Of a stretch of DNA of 64,000 bases, positions 62,545 to 64,000 are shown piece by piece. The DNA is from a virus (Duplodnaviria > Caudoviricetes). The DNA is taken from the IMG/VR virus record IMGVR_UViG_2643221950_000002, positions 1-64,000 of that record. One strand, given 5' to 3'. A model generated the notes under the pieces. That model was not told the DNA's origin and made no database searches. It saw only the letters and a program-made list of their open reading frames with translations. Position 1 is the stretch's first letter; the number at the start of each line of letters is the position of its first letter. Both the position numbers and the translations under genes were made by a program.

Positions 62545-63347
62545 TTTTTATTTTTGCAACCCCTGGCCATTATTGACCAGGACGCTCACAGCCTAATGCC
62601 TGTTTATACTCACTGTGACGAGTTTAGCGTATCAACATGCTGGATATATCCTTTAGCAATCCATGAGCTGTGAGGAGACCACTCAGCGTCACCCTCTCTC
62701 ATATAAGCTGTATGTACAGGTGTTCCAGCTTTTCTATCAGGATGCTTTTCTTCTGTTAATTTAGTCCATACCCAGTTGTTCGGCTTTACTTTTTTCATAT
62801 CCAATCTCTCCCTTTAAAATATTCATTTTATTGAATTCTATAACTTCTTAATAGATGTAATATAAATCACCATTGTTGTCACTAATTGCGAATCGCTTCA
62901 ATTGAGTATAACTACTTTTTGGAGTGCCTTTTTTTGTATATTTTGATTTAAAAAATTCAGGATGTTTCCCTATTTCTTGTTGTGCTTCTTTTAGTGTTGA
63001 AAATTCTCCGATTTTCACAAAGTTGTAAGTAGCGAAATATCTCATTAGTTCTTTACCTCCTCATATGATCCAATTTCATATTTTTTGTTTCCAAAACTCA
63101 CAAAAACTTGTCCATTTTCTAATTTCATTAATTTGCGAAGTGTGGTCATTCTTATACCGTTATTAATAGCAGCGAAATATAAACGTCTTCCTCCAGTTTC
63201 TTTTAATTTGAGTTTATCGTATTTATATCCTTCACAAACTCCACTATGATTCAAAAATGAGGTATGAATTGTTACATTTATCGCCATTATAATTCTCTCC
63301 ATTCTTTATTTGTTATTTGACTGAATTTTGTTCTTTTCTATATCCTT

Positions 63348-63376
63348 ATTATATATGTTATTTGTATTTTAATCAA
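63348..63376 (-). promoter_or_regulatory. sigmaA promoter with SPBRE-like element
   Basis: TTGATT-17-TATAAT, spacer AAAATACAAATAACATA. Confidence 0.8.
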
Positions 63377-63611
63377 TGATTTTTGTGTGTTATTTTTAAT
63401 TTTATTGAGTATTTTATTACGTCCTATGAGGGGTTTGGGGTGGTGTAGGACGAAAGGGCAATTCAACTTGTTGAAGTGACCAAAGTCAGCACCCCAAGGT
63501 CTTATTTTCAGTCTATATATTATATATAATTTTAACTTCTTTTCTTTTACGAGAGATTGCTCAAAACCGTTGTGGCTGTTGAGTTTTTAAAATGATTTAT
63601 TGCTTTTGTTT

Positions 63612-64000
63612 TCATAGGTCATTTTCTAACCACTCGATTAATAGACGTCTCATTCTAAATGATGGGATGTATATATTGATTGATTTGTTATTCCTTATTG
63701 CTGATCTCCATATCCATTGAATCATCTCTGATAAAGCGTAGATGTCTTGATCTATATTTATGTTATTCTGCTTAAAGAAATCATTAATAGCTGGATTAAC
63801 AAATCTGTTGATTGAATAAACTAATGATTTCTTATGACTGTATTCATTAGTAGCTTTAATATTACACGCTAAAAATCCCTTAGTGTATCCTTTGCCGCTC
63901 AACTTCCCTTTATGAGATTTAAAGGTTGTCCATAGATTCTCGTTTGATTTAGACTTAATGATATTTTGGTAATAGTTTAAGATATTGTTTTTTAAACGCT
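63612..64000 (-). CDS. YonV-like protein, C-terminal part (truncated by window)
   Basis: ATNEY, ALSEMIQWIWRSAIR, IYIPS.RMR. Confidence 0.7.
   Translation of the reverse strand, partial: RLKNNILNYYQNIIKSKSNENLWTTFKSHKGKLSGKGYTKGFLACNIKATNEYSHKKSLVYSINRFVNPAINDFFKQNNINIDQDIYALSEMIQWIWRSAIRNNKSINIYIPSFRMRRLLIEWLENDL

Larger units (their letters stand above)
2559..62830. repeat. dispersed palindromic gene-junction motif TRAAA-N6-TTTYA (25 exact copies)
   Basis: 16-bp copies start at 2559,3921,5298,9048,10690,15920,17349,18350,18903,20649,33873,38576,40113,40819,42036,43004,45333,46952,48963,56651,57758,58421,59290,60062,62815; one-mismatch copies at 20807,44393,57347,59569. Confidence 0.9.

Noticed and set aside
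2559-62830. CRISPR array interpretation of the repeated palindrome
   Set aside because: Copies are dispersed hundreds to thousands of bp apart around genes, and no cas genes are seen.
63420-63456. Hammerhead-like GTCC...GGACGAAA
   Set aside because: No CUGAnGA core precedes the GTCC stem, so it is kept only as a generic structured element.
1-64000. tRNA or rRNA genes and IS elements
   Set aside because: No cloverleaf, rRNA-like stretch or transposase recognised by eye; tRNAscan-SE would be needed to exclude tRNAs.

Overview
AT-rich, gene-dense, mostly minus-strand window from the early and replication region of an SPbeta-like temperate Bacillus phage or prophage. Read right to left (the direction of transcription), it holds: a YonV-like gene fragment, a DUF4942 methyltransferase and small accessory genes; an arbitrium locus (aimR, aimP with mature peptide SASRGA) followed by the yopM-yopR (sro) operon and a convergent yopS-like HTH gene; an accessory region (SF1 helicase, RNase H, SLOG protein, LigB, phosphoesterase, guanylate kinase-like); the yorF-yorM replication block (SSB-like, ATPase, helicase, primase, RecJ, DnaE); and a nucleotide metabolism region (dNMP kinase, N4/N6 MTase, MazE-mimic YosL, nrdI, nrdE split by a group I intron carrying an HNH gene, nrdF, dut, thyA, tdk, RecU-like). 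The most unusual signal is a palindrome, TRAAA-N6-TTTYA, found at 25 gene junctions (plus 4 one-mismatch copies), each with a different 6-bp spacer. It delimits accessory genes like cassettes and has the geometry of a tyrosine-recombinase core site, which suggests an integron-like gene-shuffling system. Gene names come from recalled motifs and synteny, not database searches.
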